In this document: one piece after another, positions 60,136 through 64,000 of the stretch
How the letters are laid out: each line of letters opens with the position of its first letter
Position numbering within the stretch: the stretch's first letter is position 1
From: Podospora anserina
Taxonomy: Eukaryota
Assembly: GCA_017654855.1 (NCBI GenBank)
Contig: CM030336.1
Coordinates: 1,860,001-1,924,000, forward strand
Length of the DNA stretch: 64,000 nt
Direction of reading: 5' to 3'
The notes under the pieces: generated by a model
Database searches by the model: none
Told to the model about the DNA's origin: nothing
What the model saw: the letters and a program-made list of their open reading frames with translations, nothing else
Translations under genes and position numbers: made by a program

Positions 60136-61887
60136 CTATGCAGCCGGCTCGTCCTCCTTCAAAGTCTGCTCATCATTCAACTTTGGATTCCGCAACGTCG
60201 ACGCAAAAGCAATCAGCGGCACACACAAACAAATCCCCGTAATCGTCAACAGCCTCTGGGCGTACTTGTAAGAGTCGATCAACGCCTGCCGCTCGGGCGT
60301 GCCCACAGGGTACTGCTTCGCAAAGGCAAATGGATTCCCGTAAGCAGATGTTGCCAAGGTCTCATTGTTGAATCCCTCCATCCGCCAGGCAAGCTGGTTT
60401 GGCAAGACCTGAGTCCATATCCCGCCCGAGACAGCACCGCCAAATGCAGATCCGAGGTTGTAAGTGGCGAGGTAGAGGCCCGTCATGACAGCGAGATTCT
60501 CGTGCTTCAGCGCCACTTGAAGAGAGGCCTGCGCCGGGTAGGGAAACATGCCGCCGGCGATACCCAAAACAACCTGGGCGCCAACAACACCAGCTCGGCT
60601 GGACATGTCGGTATCACCTCGATACTTGATGAGGAGACCGAAAGCAACCATGAAGAGGCATGTTCCAACGACGATAAAGACTTTCAGCCGGCGGACCTTG
60701 TATACGACAAATCCGAGAACGGTGCCGGTAAGAACACTGAAAAATGTGTAGAAGGAAGACACCCGAGTGGCCGTCATGACGTCGAAATCGAAAGCAACGA
60801 CCAGAACCGAATACAAGTAGTCGCCTTGCATATACCACGCCCAATTCAGCATCAAGGCGATTCCGAGGGCGGCCCACACAGCTCGATTCTTCATGAGTCT
60901 GAATGGCACAAGCGGTTGGGGGGTGTAGAGCTGCCACCCAATGAAGAGCGGTATCGCGGTGAAGCCAGCTATCAACGGGCCAAGGACATGAGCGCTGGTC
61001 CAGGATGTCTTGAAGCCACCTGCCAGCGTGACGGGTACCAAGAGCAAAGCGAAGACAGCAATCATGAGAATGATTCCGATGACATCGAGGCGCCAGAACA
61101 AGTACGCAAAAAATTTGCCCCAGGGGAGAGCTCTGATCGGGTCGACGTATCCATCCATCACATGTGACCTGCGGGCTCGACGGCCAGTTACCAGGAGACT
61201 GATGATCAGAGGCATGGCGCACACCGGATAGATGATACACCACATGCCGATGGCCCATCGCCAAGTTGTGACAGCAAGCACGGCCGAAGAAATGTTTCCG
61301 CTGACCCAAGTCAATACGAGGAACGAGGCGTTGGGGATGTAACTGAACAGCAGGCGAGCTCGGGTGGTGGTGATGTCGGCAATGATAACCTCGAGCAGTA
61401 AGATGATCATGGTGTATCCAATCTGGTAGATGAGCGCCCCGGTGGCAAATGTTTCGACATTTTGTGAAGTTGCCTCCAAGACGGTGCCGAGAGTGTAGAA
61501 AAAGACTGACAAACACACAAGCTCGACACGGCCAAAGATGTCGGCGATCCTGGCTGAGGTGGGTTGTGCTGCGGCGGCGATGACGGAGCGTAAAACGTTG
61601 ACAGTTGCCAACAGCGAGTGCTTGGAGAAAGAAGCCGTGGCATTAGGCTGGTAAGCGTAGCGGAGCATGCCGTCGAGACCATAGGCGAAGGCAATTATGA
61701 AGACGCCAAAGAAGATGAAGACGTAGTCGGCCTTGGTGAGAACCGAAGCCAGCGCCTCGGCACGGCGGACACCAGGAGACTTTTCATCAGACAGAGCTGC
61801 TGCCGGCAACGGTGGAGCTTCTTTTGTTGTCGGCGAAGATTCCGCCCTGTCCGTCGTGGGATCATCATCACTGCCTTTGGTAGCCAT
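60136..61887 (-). CDS. Siderophore-iron MFS transporter (Sit1/Arn/MirB family)
   Basis: About 14 TM segments; [43 protein letters not shown] and YPVGTPER. Confidence 0.92.
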   Translation of the reverse strand: MATKGSDDDPTTDRAESSPTTKEAPPLPAAALSDEKSPGVRRAEALASVLTKADYVFIFFGVFIIAFAYGLDGMLRYAYQPNATASFSKHSLLATVNVLRSVIAAAAQPTSARIADIFGRVELVCLSVFFYTLGTVLEATSQNVETFATGALIYQIGYTMIILLLEVIIADITTTRARLLFSYIPNASFLVLTWVSGNISSAVLAVTTWRWAIGMWCIIYPVCAMPLIISLLVTGRRARRSHVMDGYVDPIRALPWGKFFAYLFWRLDVIGIILMIAVFALLLVPVTLAGGFKTSWTSAHVLGPLIAGFTAIPLFIGWQLYTPQPLVPFRLMKNRAVWAALGIALMLNWAWYMQGDYLYSVLVVAFDFDVMTATRVSSFYTFFSVLTGTVLGFVVYKVRRLKVFIVVGTCLFMVAFGLLIKYRGDTDMSSRAGVVGAQVVLGIAGGMFPYPAQASLQVALKHENLAVMTGLYLATYNLGSAFGGAVSGGIWTQVLPNQLAWRMEGFNNETLATSAYGNPFAFAKQYPVGTPERQALIDSYKYAQRLLTITGICLCVPLIAFASTLRNPKLNDEQTLKEDEPAA

Positions 61888-62141
61888 GGCGAACGGAAGC
61901 TGTGCCCGGGGGCCGAGGGAGAAAATGACCGGGCAGCGGGTTGCCCTGGACGTGTCTAAAAAGGTAGGTTAACGTAGGCCAGGTTTTCCCAACGACAAAA
62001 CAATTTTTAGGACCATGGAACAAAAATCTGCAGCATTCGTGTATGGTGCCGCCATTGTCGAAACTCTAATAACATGACATCATGACCCACCTTCCGAACT
62101 TCGATATCAAGCCACCAGAGCAGGTACGAGTTCCTCTTCCG

Positions 62142-63314
62142 TCAACTCCTCAGATACCCACAAACCCTCTCCCCCCACCTAACCCCCCCCTTATAAACCC
62201 ACATCCCCTTCGCATTCCCCCCCCTCAACCCCTCCACCGCCACCGCCAGCTCCTCCCCCCTCCCCTCCCCCCTAATCTCATCCAACCCATACAAAAAGGT
62301 TTTGAAACTAAACACGATCCCCCTCGTCCCCGGCAGTCTCGTCAAGGTCTGCAACTCAACCCTCAACCTCGTCTGACTAACATCAATACCCTCCCTATCC
62401 TCCTCCGTCAAACTATCCACTTCATGCTCATGGATGTGGTTACCGCTCGGCGTGTACAGCTCCTTATGCGTCTGAAGCCCCCAGTTCACCCTCTTAACTG
62501 GCTTTCCCACTTCCAGTTTGGAGAAGAATTTCTCCATGCTAGCACCGATTTTGCCGTAGGAAGGAACAGGACCGTGGATGCCGGCTAGGGTTTGGTCTAG
62601 CTTTGTTGAAGGGTCGAAGCCGGAGGGGTGGCAGCAGAGGAAGGCCACGCAGCGGTGGAGGCCGGTAGCCGGGTCGGGGAGCAGGAGGAAGATGTCGTCT
62701 TCGATGGTTGTGGCCAGGGTGGAAAGGAGCTCGTCGGGGGGGAGGTCAAGGGGGGAGACTGGAGAGAGGCAAGAGGTGATTTTGTTGTGAAGGGTTGTTC
62801 GATCGGGAGAGAGGGAGAACATGGTTGGGTAGCGGGTGGGTAGGTAGGTGGCCATGAGGTAGGCGTAGAGCTCCCTGATGGGGGCGATGCCAGAGGGGAT
62901 GTACCCTTTGACAACTTTTGGGTGGGAGGCCAGGATTGCTTTCCGAGCGGTGACTCGATCGAGATAGTTCTTATCCATGATGATCAGCTCTGACGGGGAG
63001 GAGGTCTGAATGGCCATGGTGATGTGGTATTTTGGCTTGAAGGGCCGGAGCTGGAGGGGTGGTGTGTCCTGCCATGAGAAGTCGTGAAGAGGTTCGATTT
63101 TGACCTCATTGTGAATGTCTTCATCGGTTGTCTGCTTCGCGATGCCGGGCTTCTCTCTGTTGTCGTTGAAGCTCGGATGAGGATAAGGTGATGCGGGCTG
63201 ATGAGGAGGTGGGGATCGGCCCGAGAGTCGCCAAGCGACAACTGTTGCCGCGACGAGCAACAGTACCAGAAGCACCCCGATCATCAAAGACATGTTCAAC
63301 AAAGTTATACACAT
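62142..63314 (-). CDS. DUF3445 (heme-dependent oxidative N-demethylase alpha-like) protein with N-terminal TM segment
   Basis: LRPFKPKYHITMAI, YLPTRYPTMF, EDDIFLL, C.PSGF, IHGPVPSY, RVNW and RVELQTLTRLP. Start codon uncertain. Confidence 0.85.
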   Translation of the reverse strand: MCITLLNMSLMIGVLLVLLLVAATVVAWRLSGRSPPPHQPASPYPHPSFNDNREKPGIAKQTTDEDIHNEVKIEPLHDFSWQDTPPLQLRPFKPKYHITMAIQTSSPSELIIMDKNYLDRVTARKAILASHPKVVKGYIPSGIAPIRELYAYLMATYLPTRYPTMFSLSPDRTTLHNKITSCLSPVSPLDLPPDELLSTLATTIEDDIFLLLPDPATGLHRCVAFLCCHPSGFDPSTKLDQTLAGIHGPVPSYGKIGASMEKFFSKLEVGKPVKRVNWGLQTHKELYTPSGNHIHEHEVDSLTEEDREGIDVSQTRLRVELQTLTRLPGTRGIVFSFKTFLYGLDEIRGEGRGEELAVAVEGLRGGNAKGMWVYKGGVRWGERVCGYLRS

Positions 63315-63693
63315 GTCTCTGTTGGGGAAGTTGATATCTGTGTATTATAAGAAAAGAAGCCAATGTTTGGGCAAGAGCTCTGATATCATCTGACATCTCC
63401 CGTCCTCGGCCACCCCGAAAGATAGTGCCTACCCCACCTTGATCAAGATGACTCCAAGATCTGGGCTTTGATACGCCCACGTTGTCCACAGAACCTTTAG
63501 TAACGGCCACCGATCGGAGTGCATTCACAGGGATCCGCCATGCAGTTAGGCTGATCCAGACCCGGCTGGGGAGGACACTGCTCTCATCGAAATCATGCCT
63601 TCAAAGGGACTTGGTCGAAAGACTAACAAGGTTCATTGATAGAATATGGTCGGAACGTTTTCCAGAGATATACAACGGGGTATTCTTCTTAAA

Positions 63694-64000
63694 CTAGTAT
63701 AAGTCTTGTCCATTCAGGACTTTGCGGCCCTCCTTTATTCTTCCCCAACCAGGGGACATCAATGTAAAGCAACATGCTTTGAGCCGGCCATCTTTGACCG
63801 CACCAAACGGGTTCACCGCTGTCTGAGGTGTACACGAGGCATCTTGCACCTCGAACGTAATGTCTTTCTCCATCCGCATCTGGTCTTGGGCCGTCCAGCG
63901 GACACCGATCCCCTGCACAGAAGCCCAGGACCAAGTCGATTCAATGTAGCGTTCTGGTCGGGTGCCTATGTCGGCCTTATTTGTACATCACAAAAGGTCC
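63694..64000 (-). pseudogene. C-terminal fragment of a HET-associated gene running off the window, with an in-frame stop
   Basis: Minus-strand frame DLL*CTNKADIGTRPERYIESTWSWASVQG...C...NPFGAVKDGRLK matches the LLW..Y.APSWSWASV..NPFG.V..G.L pattern found C-terminal to fungal HET domains. Confidence 0.6.

Noticed and set aside
61888-62141. Iron-responsive GATA sites upstream of the siderophore transporter
   Set aside because: No convincing HGATAR or ATCWGATAA cluster in the short intergenic region.
55693-63314. Possible secondary-metabolite cluster (transcription factor, transporter, DUF3445)
   Set aside because: No NRPS, PKS or other backbone enzyme in the window.

Overview
Eukaryotic fungal DNA. 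Intron signals, RIP-mutated repeats, HET genes and codon style point to a Sordariales genome, probably Podospora-like; this is inference, not a database match. The window holds about 17 intron-containing or single-exon genes: delta-12 desaturase, eIF3b, CCT2, a GT31 glycosyltransferase, two Zn2Cys6 factors, GH76, NatB auxiliary subunit, ILM1, GGTase-I beta, an M20 peptidase, MRI1, TRS130, a siderophore MFS transporter, DUF3445 and two orphan coiled-coil ORFs. It also has an intron-containing tRNA-Tyr and two decayed HET-domain genes. An AT-rich island of about 15 kb (~3720-19100) contains RIP-destroyed Ty3/Gypsy elements: one 11.9 kb element with paired 366 bp LTRs, a chromodomain-integrase fragment, and several solo or partial LTRs of a second family. 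The most unusual signal is an in-frame array of peptide repeats, mostly bounded by KR/RR, inside the GT31 catalytic domain. These repeats are conserved as protein despite many synonymous DNA changes. Other notable points: about 3.5 kb of extra, apparently once-coding DNA downstream of pol in the large retroelement; mirror-image RIP gradients across its LTRs; LTRs with different 5' halves on a shared 3' half; and a recurrent C-rich then G-rich codon switch at gene 3' ends.
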